From Chthonomonas calidirosea (GTDB taxonomy: Bacteria; Armatimonadota; Fimbriimonadia; Fimbriimonadales; Fimbriimonadaceae), in the NCBI GenBank assembly GCA_945859975.1, contig CAMAPH010000004.1:1-64000 (forward strand): a stretch of DNA of 64,000 bases, given 5' to 3'. Within the stretch, counting starts at the first letter, position 1; the number at the start of each line of letters is the position of its first letter. Below the pieces are notes generated by a model. The model was not told the DNA's origin. It did not search any database and was given only the letters and a program-made list of their open reading frames with translations. Shown here in pieces: positions 29,871 to 40,253 of this stretch. A program made the translations under genes and the position numbers.

Positions 29871-30174
29871 ACAGGACCCGGCCCTCTTGGTTTGCCCAAT
29901 AGATCGCCGAGCCCGGCAATTTACAGCCCTCACTGAGTTCTTCCGGGGTGAAAACGAGCAGGTCGAGCGCGAAATCGCGGCGGCCCATTTTCCGCATCGC
30001 TAGCCCCTGTCGCTGAAGAAAAGGGAGGTCCGAGTTTGTCACGACAAGGACATCCCAATCGCTGTCCGGCGAGAAACTTGCCCGGGCACGGGAGCCGAAT
30101 AGGACGACCTTTTGGATGTCGAACTCGTTACCGAGCCGCTCCAGCACCAGCTGTAACAGCATCTGATCGGTCAT
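29860..30174 (-). CDS. Minimal nucleotidyltransferase (MNT)
   Basis: VVLFGSRAR....DSDWDVLVV, DLLV; ATG 5 nt after TATAAT. Confidence 0.9.
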   Translation of the reverse strand: MTDQMLLQLVLERLGNEFDIQKVVLFGSRARASFSPDSDWDVLVVTNSDLPFLQRQGLAMRKMGRRDFALDLLVFTPEELSEGCKLPGSAIYWANQEGRVLYAR

Positions 30175-30231
30175 GGCAAATTATAGTCCCTGGTCTGAGC
30201 TTCTCCAGCCAACCACGGTTGTCTTGGATCC

Positions 30232-30248
30232 GTTCGGGTTTGTTCGGA
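30232..30248. repeat. Direct repeat core, copy A
   Basis: GTTCGGGTTTGTTCGGA identical to 30858-30874; degenerate similarity continues ~20 bp downstream. Confidence 0.7.
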
Positions 30249-30308
30249 CTCGCTCGGGAATTCGGGAGCTTGGACGTATAGGTAAAACGGGAAAGACGGA
30301 CTCGCCGC

Positions 30309-30845
30309 ATGCCGCAAGAATATAACATCCCTTCCTGGTACGACTCTGATTACGACGAGAGGACGGCGGCGGTACTGGCTCTCGTCGAGACGGCGTTCCG
30401 AACTGAGTTGACGTTGGAACACTTGGCAATGATTAGCGAATCTTGTGGCTATTGCGTTGCCTCCGACCTTGCTAGCCATGCAGGTTTGGACTGGGACAGT
30501 CCGGCCAGCAATATGGGAACTCGAGCTCTTTTCGAGTGCCCACCGCAAGTTTTTCGATTGCTGTTTCCAAGCATTGCGAGGGCGGCGATTGAGTTGCTTC
30601 CCCGGACTCGCTCAGCCGCGGATGACGAGTATCTGGTGGATGAACTGACCAGTAGTCTTGCGGTCGAAGATGTTGGAATCGAACGCATCGGATCTATCGC
30701 GGAGAACCTTACGAGTCTGGAGACGGAAGCTTCGGTTTCGTGGCTCGTTTTTGTTTCAACGCGGGATAACGAATGTGGCTGGAAAGCAAAGCGTGCGATC
30801 GCGATGTTCTGGGCGGCGCGGCTGTACGAGTTGAGGGTCGGATGA
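30309..30845 (+). CDS. Hypothetical protein
   Basis: 178-aa ORF bracketed by direct repeats. Confidence 0.6.
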   Translation: MPQEYNIPSWYDSDYDERTAAVLALVETAFRTELTLEHLAMISESCGYCVASDLASHAGLDWDSPASNMGTRALFECPPQVFRLLFPSIARAAIELLPRTRSAADDEYLVDELTSSLAVEDVGIERIGSIAENLTSLETEASVSWLVFVSTRDNECGWKAKRAIAMFWAARLYELRVG

Positions 30846-30857
30846 CCGTCTTTCCGG

Positions 30858-30874
30858 GTTCGGGTTTGTTCGGA
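30858..30874. repeat. Direct repeat core, copy B
   Basis: GTTCGGGTTTGTTCGGA. Confidence 0.7.
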
Positions 30875-30928
30875 TTTGCGCGGGGTTCGGAAGTTCTAGT
30901 CGAAGGCTGACTAAGCAATCGAAGTTTC

Positions 30929-30969
30929 GGCTGTGCGAACTCGCCCGAGACGGGTGAGCTACCGGACGG
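30929..30969. repeat. GTAG-type REP-like element, copy 2
   Basis: Minus strand GTAG-CTCACCCG-tct-CGGGCGAG; exactly 1600 bp from copy 1. Confidence 0.7.
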
Positions 30970-31027
30970 ATTAGCTACGCGACGGGCGTCGTGACACCGA
31001 ACCGGCGGCTTGCGCATCTAAGTAGAC

Positions 31028-31867
31028 ATGCTTTGCGCAACGTTAGCGTTAGTCATGTCGGGCACGGTTGCTCCGCTTCGGGTTGGCATGGTGGGACATT
31101 CTTTGGTCAACCACGACATTCCGCAGATGTTGCGATCGATTGCCGCCAGCAAGGGGACGCCGGTGGTGGTTTATGAGCAGATCATCAACGGGTCGCCGCT
31201 GAGCAACAATTGGAAGAAGAGCGCCAGCGCCGAGAAGCATCCGGAGAACCTTTACGGCGACCTGCGGGCCGAATTACAGAGGGCCAATCCGCCCTTCGAT
31301 GCGGTGGTCCTGACGGAGCGCGTGGCTATTGCGGAATGCATCAAGTGGGAAGACACGGTCGGAAATGTGATCAACTGGCGAAATCTTACGCTCAAGCAAA
31401 ACCCCAAAGCGAAAGTTTACATGTACTCCACTTGGGTCGGATTCAAGAACGGCGAGTGGTGGAAGGACGTTCCGGACTTGCCGACCTGGCGCAAGCGAAC
31501 CGAGCAGGATGGCCAACTCTTCGCGAAGGTCTCCGCCGATGCCAGCGTCGATCCGCGATCCACGAAAGGGGCTCCAATCCGCCTGGTTCCGGGACATACC
31601 GCGATGGGATTGCTCTACGACCGACTGGAAGCTGGCAAGCTCCCTTGGCTCGGCAAAAACATCAAAGCGGCGCTCTCCGATGACATTCACCTGAACAAGA
31701 TCGGTTGCTACTACATCGGTTGCGTGATGTACGCAAGCTTGCTCGGCAAGTCACCGGCCGGAGCCACCGGGACGGTCAAGAACATCTGGGGGCAGCCGCT
31801 GGTTGACTTGAGTCCGGCGCAAGCGAAGGCGCTGCAGGAACTGGCTTGGGAGTCGGTAACCGGTTAA
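31028..31867 (+). CDS. Secreted SGNH/GDSL-like hydrolase fold protein
   Basis: VGHSL near N-terminus, VVLTE, DDIH near C-terminus; signal-like start. Confidence 0.6.
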   Translation: MLCATLALVMSGTVAPLRVGMVGHSLVNHDIPQMLRSIAASKGTPVVVYEQIINGSPLSNNWKKSASAEKHPENLYGDLRAELQRANPPFDAVVLTERVAIAECIKWEDTVGNVINWRNLTLKQNPKAKVYMYSTWVGFKNGEWWKDVPDLPTWRKRTEQDGQLFAKVSADASVDPRSTKGAPIRLVPGHTAMGLLYDRLEAGKLPWLGKNIKAALSDDIHLNKIGCYYIGCVMYASLLGKSPAGATGTVKNIWGQPLVDLSPAQAKALQELAWESVTG

Positions 31868-32026
31868 GCCGGTCATTGGGCTACGGACGATGCGTCGGTG
31901 TGACGAGTCCATCCGATTTGTGCCAGCCACCTGACACGTTTGAATAGATCTCAGACCTGACTCATGTGTGAAAGTGGATGTCTTGCGAGGGGTCAGCGGA
32001 ACCGCTTCCTCGTCAGAAGGTAAACG

Positions 32027-32074
32027 AAAAGACCCTGTGCTCGGATGAATCCCGAACACAGGGTCGTGCTTTTT
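32027..32074. terminator. Bidirectional terminator-like hairpin
   Basis: AAAA-GACCCTGTG...CACAGGGTC-gtgcTTTTT. Confidence 0.7.
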
Positions 32075-32086
32075 CAACCTGGGCGA

Positions 32087-34999
32087 CTATGGGTTGAGGA
32101 CGGTGATCTTCAGGCCCTTCAGACCTTGGCTCAGAATCCGCCCGTAGACGTTCGTCGCGCCACGAGCTACTCCCGACACGGTGAACGTGCCAGTGCTACT
32201 GCCTGCCGGAATCACGATTTCGGTTGGCATCGAAACGATACCGTTCGACTGCTGAGTCAGCACGATGGTCACTGGCTGAGGCGTGATCGTATTCAAGTTG
32301 ACGGTAACGGTTGTGGACTGCCCAACGTTCACGGTTGCGTTCGATGCCGTTATCGAAGCGATACCGATGAACACGGAGGAAACCGTGTTTCGCACCGTTG
32401 TTCCCAGCGCCGTCGCGGTCACGGTTGCGTCCCGAACGACCTTATTTGATCTGATTTGGAAAGCAATCGAGCCGCTGCCTTCTGGGATAAAAACAGAGGA
32501 AGGCACGATCAGATCAGGCGAACTTGACGCAAGATTCACCGTCACGCCTCCTGCGGGAGCGCGGCCAGTGAGGCCAACAATTGATTGGTTTGAGCCGCCA
32601 ACCAAGAAGTCATAGACTTTAACAGAAGCTAAGTAAGTGCCACGTGGCAAAACTTGGATCGTGTCGACTTTTCCGCCAAAGCTCGGCGTTGCTTCAATGG
32701 AGACGGTTGTCGCGACATTCACGGCAGAGCCGAAGATGAAGAACGATACTTTGCTTTGCCCTTCGGGAACGAGGACGGTCGCGGGGCAGTAGATGGCGGA
32801 TGGGTTGCTATTGGTCAACGCGACCAACAAGCCACCCGGAGGCGCGATCGACTGAAGCGCAACGGTTACGGAGGAAGACCCATGTTCAGAGAATTGGTCT
32901 TGGGCAATAGTGATCGATCCTACACGCACCGATCGGATCGTGAGTGACGTGGATCCAGAGATGACGCCGGTTCCGGTCGTGCTGACCGTGACATTGGCAT
33001 CTGTTCCAACCTGAGACGACTGAGCAACAAAGGTTGCCGTTGTTGCGCCGGCTGGCACGGTAACGGTGGCAGGCACGGAGAAAGCAGCGTTGTCACTCTC
33101 AAGTCCAACCGTTCGGTCAGCGGACTGAGCAGAGGCGAGGGTAACGGTACCGGTAATCGGCTTGCCACCAGCAAGGCCCGAGGTTGGGAAGGAAACGTAT
33201 GCCTGAACCGGCGCTGCCTCCATGCGGTACACATAGGCACCACCTTTTTTGCTGTCCTTAACGTTCGCACCGACGATGAATGAGTCCCCAGAGGCCGACA
33301 ACGCACGGCCGAATTGGATGTAGCCCGATCCGTAGATGGAAAGATCACTTGGCAGCAAGGTTGAGTTGTAACTCCAGCCTGAGCCATCAGGTTCGAAAGT
33401 ATGTACTCCGCCTCTTCCGTAATACGGAGTATCGCGGTCGTGGTAGTACGGCTGGCCGATAATGATCGAGTTGTTTGAAATCGCGACAGACTCGCCAAAG
33501 TACGAGTATTCCTGTGGCTCCGGGCTTGACAGGATCGCTTTTTCGATCCACGCCCCCCCTTCGCGCCGAAATATGAGGACTTTGCCATCATAACCCTCAA
33601 AGCCGTTTCTAGCGGTAACGCAAGCGGTGTCTCCAGAAATCGTTACGAAGTGGCCAAACCCGAACCAAAGCGGCGAAACACTCGGCACAAGAGTCTCTGA
33701 TACCCAACCAGATTCGCTGCGGGTGAAAACATAGGCATTTCCTTCACGGTCGACTCCCTCTTCAAGGGCACCAACAATCAAGCTATTTCCTGAAGCATCG
33801 ATGGATCGGCCGAAACTTCCGGAATTCTGTAGGTTTGGAGAAACAAACTGGGTTTGTTCCGTCCAACCTGCCTCGGTTGCGGCAAATTCGTAGACCCTAC
33901 CGGCGTAGTATATACCTTCCACCGGCGCATTTGGAGCGCCAACGAAAAGTGATCTTCCGGCTAGCTTGACCGAAATCCCAAACCCGAAGCCGTTCTGAAC
34001 ATCCGCGCCGGTAAAGCTAGCGCTCTGGGTCCATGTCGAGCCGGACTTTGAAAAGACGTAGACCTTTCCGGCATACCCTTGACCATTGGCCGTGGAGAGT
34101 GGAGACCCAATCGCAATGACATCGCGGTCAATCGACACCGAATGCCCAAAGAATGCGTATTGTTCTGGGTCACTTGCTACTAAAGTTGCTTGCTGCGTCC
34201 ATGACGAGCCACTTCGAGTGAAGACGTACGCACATCCTGCACCTTCGAATCCGTTTGCGCTTGAGTAATATGCACCGATTACGGCCGTATCACCCGAGAT
34301 CGAAACGGAATCACCCGCATAGAGCCGCTGAATGTTTGGATTTTCGGCGGGGGTGAGGATTGCTTCTTCTGTCCAAGTCGGGTCGATGGTTACCGGATAC
34401 ACCGCATCTTGGTCTTCGACACCGATTACGATTTCTTGACCCCGTAGCTGCATTGTGGAAGCCAGTTTCTTTCCGGTGGCATCCCAAACTTTGAGGCCCG
34501 AATAGGAAAGATTGTCTTTTGCGCCGTTAAACTCGATGCGGTCAGGGCCGGTTTGCTTCAGCTTCGCGCCGGTTGTGGCCAACTTCACCCAGAGATTGCC
34601 AGTGCCTTGTTTTTCGTCGATTCTGAACCAGTGATGCAGGCCAGCAGCTTCGTTTACGTACCATTCCGAAAAGCCTGGGCGGTCGAAGGAAAGCTTGCTG
34701 AAGCCAGTTTTGTCCTTGCCAAGGCTCGCCTTCGGTTTCGCCGCGAGCACGGAGCTATCTCCGTTTCCGAAAGCAACGGTTCGAACCGAGACATCGGCAA
34801 CGGTGACTCGACCAACAGAATTAGCCCGGAACACAAAGCGACCAGGCTGTTCTCCGGAGAACTCGTCTCGATCGGACTTGATGAGACGTTGAGACTGGGA
34901 GAGCGCGAGCCTCAAATCTGGATGGTTTGCAAGGGAATCTTGGCCGGACGGAGCCGGAGCCGCAAGACCCGCAATAAGTGGAAGCAGGATCAAGTGCAC
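32087..34999 (-). CDS. Large secreted FG-GAP repeat (integrin-like propeller) protein with C-terminal Ig-like repeats
   Basis: Signal peptide; YPVTIDP; about seven FG.SV.I.G....VGA....G.AYVF repeats; repeats of type VP.TVTVPAG.T.ATF. Confidence 0.85.
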   Translation of the reverse strand: MHLILLPLIAGLAAPAPSGQDSLANHPDLRLALSQSQRLIKSDRDEFSGEQPGRFVFRANSVGRVTVADVSVRTVAFGNGDSSVLAAKPKASLGKDKTGFSKLSFDRPGFSEWYVNEAAGLHHWFRIDEKQGTGNLWVKLATTGAKLKQTGPDRIEFNGAKDNLSYSGLKVWDATGKKLASTMQLRGQEIVIGVEDQDAVYPVTIDPTWTEEAILTPAENPNIQRLYAGDSVSISGDTAVIGAYYSSANGFEGAGCAYVFTRSGSSWTQQATLVASDPEQYAFFGHSVSIDRDVIAIGSPLSTANGQGYAGKVYVFSKSGSTWTQSASFTGADVQNGFGFGISVKLAGRSLFVGAPNAPVEGIYYAGRVYEFAATEAGWTEQTQFVSPNLQNSGSFGRSIDASGNSLIVGALEEGVDREGNAYVFTRSESGWVSETLVPSVSPLWFGFGHFVTISGDTACVTARNGFEGYDGKVLIFRREGGAWIEKAILSSPEPQEYSYFGESVAISNNSIIIGQPYYHDRDTPYYGRGGVHTFEPDGSGWSYNSTLLPSDLSIYGSGYIQFGRALSASGDSFIVGANVKDSKKGGAYVYRMEAAPVQAYVSFPTSGLAGGKPITGTVTLASAQSADRTVGLESDNAAFSVPATVTVPAGATTATFVAQSSQVGTDANVTVSTTGTGVISGSTSLTIRSVRVGSITIAQDQFSEHGSSSVTVALQSIAPPGGLLVALTNSNPSAIYCPATVLVPEGQSKVSFFIFGSAVNVATTVSIEATPSFGGKVDTIQVLPRGTYLASVKVYDFLVGGSNQSIVGLTGRAPAGGVTVNLASSSPDLIVPSSVFIPEGSGSIAFQIRSNKVVRDATVTATALGTTVRNTVSSVFIGIASITASNATVNVGQSTTVTVNLNTITPQPVTIVLTQQSNGIVSMPTEIVIPAGSSTGTFTVSGVARGATNVYGRILSQGLKGLKITVLNP

Positions 35000-35258
35000 G
35001 GGGGATTCTCGCCGATGCGTTCAGGGAAACGCAATGGTTTTGTTCAAGTGCAAAAAACGATGAAGTATATGCCTTATTCCGTTTTCTATTGACTTTGCCC
35101 GGAATGGCCTAGATGCTTTATTTTGCAGAGTTAACGCAAATAAATTCCACTACCTGAAATCCATCCTTCGGCCGATCGGTCTTGATCCTGCCAGCCTGCA
35201 ATGCCGAGCCTTGTCGCAGAAAAACTGACCTGGACAGGCTGAGCTGAGGGGAAAAGGG

Positions 35259-35334
35259 TGGCTGCCGCAACAGGACTCGAACCTGTGACCAGCTGATTAA
35301 CAGTCAGCTGCTCTACCAACTGAGCTATGCGGCA
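35259..35334 (-). tRNA. tRNA-Asn (GTT)
   Basis: TGCCGCA-TAGCTCAGTTGGTAGAGCA-GCTGA-CT-GTT-AA-TCAGC..GGTTCGAGTCC..TGCGGCA-G-CCA; 76 nt. Confidence 0.97.
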
Positions 35335-35352
35335 ACGCTATGAAGATATTAC

Positions 35353-37296
35353 CTAACCTGATTTGCGGAAAACGAGACCCGTTTCGGCATATGCTGGTTG
35401 GATTTCTACGGCACCGTTTTTCACGGTCACGGTCGAGGTGTTTTCGGCCGTGGCGGCGAGGTCGAGACTCTGGACGGTGTAGGTGCCGTCCAGCAGCGGC
35501 AAACCGCTGAGGGTGACCTTTGAGCCGGGTTTCGCTAGCAGGCGGACGGAGGCCCAACTGCCTTCGCTGAGGCCGTGGGCTTTTGCGGAATCGGCAAGGC
35601 CGGGCAGGCTGAAGGAACTGAAGTTCACCCAGTCCGCGCCAAGGTTTTCGACCTTCACGCTGACCTCACCTTTTGGCACGGCGAACTCGATGGGTTCCGG
35701 AACGCGAGTTTCGTTTTCTCCGGCAGGAAAGTCCCGCTTGTAGACTTCCGCGCCATTGACGCTAATTCGCAGATTCGCCCCGCCTTTGGAAGCGCTCGCG
35801 ATGCGGAAGCGAGCCTTGCCAGGTTCGGCAAGGCGGAATTTGAATTCGAGCGGCACGTACATTGCCTTGTTACCGCCGGTCGCGCCGATGAGGTACGAGC
35901 TGACTTCGCCTTCTTTGTCCCATTCGGCAGGAAGGTTGAACGTTCCCGTTTTCGACTTGCCCCAACCGATGCCGGGACGGAAGACGAGATCGACGTTTTG
36001 GCCGGAAATGGTTCGGATTGTGACCGGCGCGGCAGTGCGGTGATTACCAAAATCAGCCACCTTCATGAACGCAGCGGCGCGAGCGAAGATGGGATACAAA
36101 TTATCCTTCTCTACTCGATCCCAGTACCAGTACTGCCCTGCCCCGGCGTGACCGGCTAACAGACCGGCATAGATGCCATCGCGAACGCCCTGCTTGTAGT
36201 CCGGGCCATCGGGTGGGCCGAACTCGCCGAAGAAGCCGGGCTTGTCGGTTGGGAACTTGCGCTTCCCGATCGCGGCGAGCACATTGGCCGGATAGGTGTG
36301 CGGCTGATAGAAGTCCAACTTGGCGTAAAACGCGTCTTCGACGGCAGGAATGGGATCGCTGCTGCTGGTGACCAAGTGGTTGTAAGGGTCGATGCCACGT
36401 AGGTAGTCGGCCATTTCTCCGTGCCAGGTTGCGATGTCCGGCCACCGGTCTTGGTAACGGGCTTCCACCCATTCGACTTCGTTGAAGAGCTCCCAGCACA
36501 TGACGCTGGAGTAGTGGCCGTAGCGAGCTACGGCATATCGCAGCCAGTTTTTCGAGCGGCGCTTTGCCTCAGCATTCGTGAAGAAATCGCCCGGATCCTT
36601 CAGGAAGCCGCCTTTTGCGGTGTTCCAAGGGTTGTCTTGCCAGTTCGGGTTCACGCGGGTGGTCCACTGACCGTGGTGGAACAGTACGAACTGGGCGTAT
36701 TGACCATGCGTGGCAGAGGCGCTGAGCAGGCTGTCCCACTTTTCGAGCGCGGGCGGGTTGAATTCGCCATCTTTGACCGTGCCTTCGACCGGCCACCAAG
36801 GGTTCTTGCCGTCCCAGTGACAGGCCCAAATTCGGGTCCAGTTGGTGCCGTTCTCGCCCATCTTCTTGAGTGACTCGGTCATCGGCGGAAGGTCGCCGTT
36901 TTGCCAGCTTAGGTTAAAGCCGAGCGGAACGTAGGTGCTGCCGTCGTCGAAGATAAAGCCGGTGTCTCGTCGCTTTACAAAGCCTTTTGAGATGGACTCG
37001 GTGGCTTGTACGGTTCGAGTGGTGGGAGCTTGAATGCTCGGTTTGCCGTTTCGTAGCAGGGTTGGCGTGTAAGTTCCAGGTGTCTTGGTAACGAGGATGG
37101 CTTTCCAGGAACCATTGCCCGTGTAGAAGGCTAGTCGCTCTTCGGCCTTTCCGTCCGGTGCGGTGAACTTGACCCGGACGTCGTTTTCGGCGGGATCGTA
37201 AGGGTTGCCGCTGAATTCGATTTTGAATTCAGCGACGGCGGGTCCGTACCACGTTGTAACGAAGCTCGACGTGAGCCCCAGAACTGCCATTAGCAT
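35353..37296 (-). CDS. Secreted GH-A clan glycoside hydrolase (GH5-like, DUF5060-like N-terminus)
   Basis: NPYDP..V.F.APDG, WELFNEV acid/base motif, FGEFG nucleophile region. Confidence 0.75.
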   Translation of the reverse strand: MLMAVLGLTSSFVTTWYGPAVAEFKIEFSGNPYDPAENDVRVKFTAPDGKAEERLAFYTGNGSWKAILVTKTPGTYTPTLLRNGKPSIQAPTTRTVQATESISKGFVKRRDTGFIFDDGSTYVPLGFNLSWQNGDLPPMTESLKKMGENGTNWTRIWACHWDGKNPWWPVEGTVKDGEFNPPALEKWDSLLSASATHGQYAQFVLFHHGQWTTRVNPNWQDNPWNTAKGGFLKDPGDFFTNAEAKRRSKNWLRYAVARYGHYSSVMCWELFNEVEWVEARYQDRWPDIATWHGEMADYLRGIDPYNHLVTSSSDPIPAVEDAFYAKLDFYQPHTYPANVLAAIGKRKFPTDKPGFFGEFGPPDGPDYKQGVRDGIYAGLLAGHAGAGQYWYWDRVEKDNLYPIFARAAAFMKVADFGNHRTAAPVTIRTISGQNVDLVFRPGIGWGKSKTGTFNLPAEWDKEGEVSSYLIGATGGNKAMYVPLEFKFRLAEPGKARFRIASASKGGANLRISVNGAEVYKRDFPAGENETRVPEPIEFAVPKGEVSVKVENLGADWVNFSSFSLPGLADSAKAHGLSEGSWASVRLLAKPGSKVTLSGLPLLDGTYTVQSLDLAATAENTSTVTVKNGAVEIQPAYAETGLVFRKSG

Positions 37297-37388
37297 CCCT
37301 TATATTTACCGGGTTTCCATCCTGCCTACAAGCATTTTTTCAAATACTAGTAGGTCTGCGTATACAACGGGCTCTAAGTTGGGACGGC

Positions 37389-38891
37389 TTAGTTGTCGTC
37401 GTTCTTGCTGGCCGGTCGGGTTCGGAGCCGGGCCCACTCGCGCAGATCGCCAATTTCCTCGCTCATCATAACGCTCAGCGGCACCACGCTTTTCGCTTCG
37501 GTAAGAAGGTCCTTTTGGGTGACTTCCTTATCCACATGGAAGGCGGAATGAAGGGCGCCAACGACCACCTGCTCGATTTCGGCTCCGCTGAATCCGGCGG
37601 TGGCTTCGGCGAGAGGTCCTAGTTTGAACTTGCCCGGATCGCGCTTTCGCTTGGCGAGGTGGATGCGGAAGATTTCGGCTCGTTCGTCCTTGTCGGGCAA
37701 GTCGACGAAGAAGATTTCGTCGAAGCGACCCTTTCGGAGCATTTCCGGCGGGAGGGCGGAGACGTCGTTGGCGGTGGCGATGAGGAACACCGAACTGGTC
37801 TTTTCGCTCATCCAGGTAAGGAAGGTGGCAAAGACGCGGGCGGTGGTGCCGCTGTCGCTCACGTTTCCACCGCTGACGCCGGCGAAGCCTTTTTCGAGTT
37901 CATCGGCCCAGAGGATGCAGGGCGCTACGGACTCGGCGGTTTTGATCGCCTTGCGAATGTTCTCTTCGCTTTGCCCGACGAGGGAGCCGAAGATTCGGCC
38001 GACGTCGAGCTTGAGGAGCGGGAGGTTCCAATGCGCAGCGACGGCTTTTGCGGTGAGGGATTTTCCACAGCCTTGGACGCCCAAGAGGAGGATGCCTTTG
38101 GGTGCTGGGATGCCGAAATCGCGCGCTTTATCCGTGAAGCTGGTTTGGCGCTTTTCAAGCCAGTCCTTCAGCAACTCGAGTCCGCCTACATCTTTCAAGT
38201 GCGCCTCTGGGGCGTAGTACTCCAGCGTTCCGGACTTTCGAATGATCTGCTTTTTCTCTTCGAGGACGACTTCGACATCAAACTTCTTTCGCTCGACGAG
38301 GCTGCGGGCGAAGGTGCTTTCGATTTCGTCGAGGGTGAGTCCTTGAGCGGATTTGACTAGCAGTTCTCGCTCAAGCGGTTCGAGTTTCGGATCGATGTTG
38401 ACGTTGTCTTTGACCGCGCTGATGACTTTTTCGAGGCAGGCGGAAATTTCATCCACATCGGGCAGTGGGAAGTCGATGACGGTGACGTCTTTTTCCAGGT
38501 CCGACGGTAGGTTGAGGGTCGGGCCGGTGAGGATCAGGGTCTGGGTGCGGCCGCGGAGCCGGAGAGCAAGGTCGCGGAGGAGGCGCACGACCCGGTAGTC
38601 CTTCATGTACGGATGGAAGTCGCGGAGAAGGAAGACGGTGTATTCCGGGGCCTCGTGGACTTGGGCAAGAGCTTCTAGTTCTCCGGGCAGGCCGGAGGTG
38701 CGGGTGGCCATTCCGGGTCGCGAGACGGGCGGGCGCATCCCTTGGGTGACCGACCAAGTGTGGACGGTGCGATTCAGCCCGCTACAGATTCTTTGCAAGG
38801 CTTCTTCGACGCGACGCTCCTCCCAGCTCACCACGTAGAGAATCGGGTACTTGGCCCGAATCAGGATTTCGATCTCGCGGATCGGATTCAT
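37389..38891 (-). CDS. Ycf46-like AAA+ ATPase
   Basis: [68 protein letters not shown]. Confidence 0.9.
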   Translation of the reverse strand: MNPIREIEILIRAKYPILYVVSWEERRVEEALQRICSGLNRTVHTWSVTQGMRPPVSRPGMATRTSGLPGELEALAQVHEAPEYTVFLLRDFHPYMKDYRVVRLLRDLALRLRGRTQTLILTGPTLNLPSDLEKDVTVIDFPLPDVDEISACLEKVISAVKDNVNIDPKLEPLERELLVKSAQGLTLDEIESTFARSLVERKKFDVEVVLEEKKQIIRKSGTLEYYAPEAHLKDVGGLELLKDWLEKRQTSFTDKARDFGIPAPKGILLLGVQGCGKSLTAKAVAAHWNLPLLKLDVGRIFGSLVGQSEENIRKAIKTAESVAPCILWADELEKGFAGVSGGNVSDSGTTARVFATFLTWMSEKTSSVFLIATANDVSALPPEMLRKGRFDEIFFVDLPDKDERAEIFRIHLAKRKRDPGKFKLGPLAEATAGFSGAEIEQVVVGALHSAFHVDKEVTQKDLLTEAKSVVPLSVMMSEEIGDLREWARLRTRPASKNDDN

Positions 38892-38969
38892 GTTCGGATG
38901 ATGCTACCGAAATGGTTCGGGCGGCGTTGCGCCGATTGGGTGATAATGCTCAGGGCCAGGGGGAATCCA

Positions 38970-40253
38970 ATGACGGACTTAGACTTGATGCTGCGGTTTA
39001 TGCTGCAGGTAATGATCGTTTTGGCGGCCTGCAAAGCCGTCGGCTGGATTGGCTCGAAGTACCTTGGCCAAACGCAGGTGGTGATGGAAATGGTCACCGG
39101 GGTTCTGCTCGGGCCGTCGGTGCTGGGGCGCTCGATGCCGGAACTTCAGGGCTACTTGTTCCCTCGCAAGTTGGAAGGTTTGGCGGGCTCTCACCCTTCG
39201 ATGTCGATCCTGTACATCATTGCCCAGATCGGGCTCGTTTTGTACATGTTTTTGATCGGGCTAGAGTTCGATATTAAGCTCATCTCGAACCGGATTGGTG
39301 GCGCAGTATCGGTTTCGCTTGCCGGGATCATCGCGCCGTTTGCGCTCGGGTTTGGCATTGCTTACATGTATCGCGACCGGACCGACTTGTTTGCGCCGGC
39401 GATCACGGATACAAACGCAGCGATCTACCTTGGGGCGGCGATGTGCATTACGGCATTCCCAATGCTCGCGCGGATTTTGTACGAGCGCGGAATCGCGCGG
39501 ACTTCGATGGGGACGCTAGCGCTGGGCGCCGGGGCGACGGACGATGCGGCGGCTTGGTGTCTGCTGGCGATGGTGTTGGCCTTTAGCAAGGGCAACATGA
39601 ACATCGCGTGGCTCGCAATTGGCGGCGGAATTTTGTTCGGCGTGGTGATGCTGACGCTCGGGAAAAAGTTGCTCAACCGACTGGCGGTGTCCACAAATGA
39701 GACGGGGAAGTTTTCGCAGGGGCAGATGACGACGGTCATCTTGATCCTGATGGCAGGTGCCTGGTTTACAGATGCAATTGGGATTTATGCCGTGTTCGGC
39801 GCATTCTTGGTCGGGTGCGCGATGCCGCGTGGGCGGTATGCGGAGGCGATTCGCGAGCGGCTTGAACCGATGACGGTTTCGTTCTTGTTGCCGTTCTTCT
39901 TTGTTTACAGCGGGCTCAATACGAACATCAATTTGATTTCAGGAACCGAGCTTTGGACGGTGACGATTGTAATTTGTCTAGCCGCCATCTTCGGGAAGGG
40001 CGTAGCTTGCGCGTTGGCGGCCCGGGCTTCGGGCGAGCCTTGGCGAGAGAGCTGGACGATTGGCACTCTCATGAATGCGCGCGGACTGATGGAGCTGATT
40101 ATCTTGAATATCGGCCTTCAGCAGGGCGTGATTACGCCGACGCTTTTTGCGATCATGGTGGTGATGGCGATTGTGACGACGCTGATGGCGTCGCCGCTGT
40201 TCTTGCTGATCTATGGCCGGGTGGAGCCGAGTGCGGCTCCAGCGACAGCTTAG
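38970..40253 (+). CDS. Cation:proton antiporter (CPA2 family)
   Basis: GQ..V..EM..GVLLGPS, MFLIGLE, ITAFPMLARIL, ATDD, LMNARGLMELI; start reset to ATG 38970. Confidence 0.9.
   Translation: MTDLDLMLRFMLQVMIVLAACKAVGWIGSKYLGQTQVVMEMVTGVLLGPSVLGRSMPELQGYLFPRKLEGLAGSHPSMSILYIIAQIGLVLYMFLIGLEFDIKLISNRIGGAVSVSLAGIIAPFALGFGIAYMYRDRTDLFAPAITDTNAAIYLGAAMCITAFPMLARILYERGIARTSMGTLALGAGATDDAAAWCLLAMVLAFSKGNMNIAWLAIGGGILFGVVMLTLGKKLLNRLAVSTNETGKFSQGQMTTVILILMAGAWFTDAIGIYAVFGAFLVGCAMPRGRYAEAIRERLEPMTVSFLLPFFFVYSGLNTNINLISGTELWTVTIVICLAAIFGKGVACALAARASGEPWRESWTIGTLMNARGLMELIILNIGLQQGVITPTLFAIMVVMAIVTTLMASPLFLLIYGRVEPSAAPATA

Noticed and set aside
30846..30930. Integron attC site after the orphan ORF
   Set aside because: No RYYYAAC...GTTRRRY ends with an extended bottom-strand hairpin, and no intI in the window
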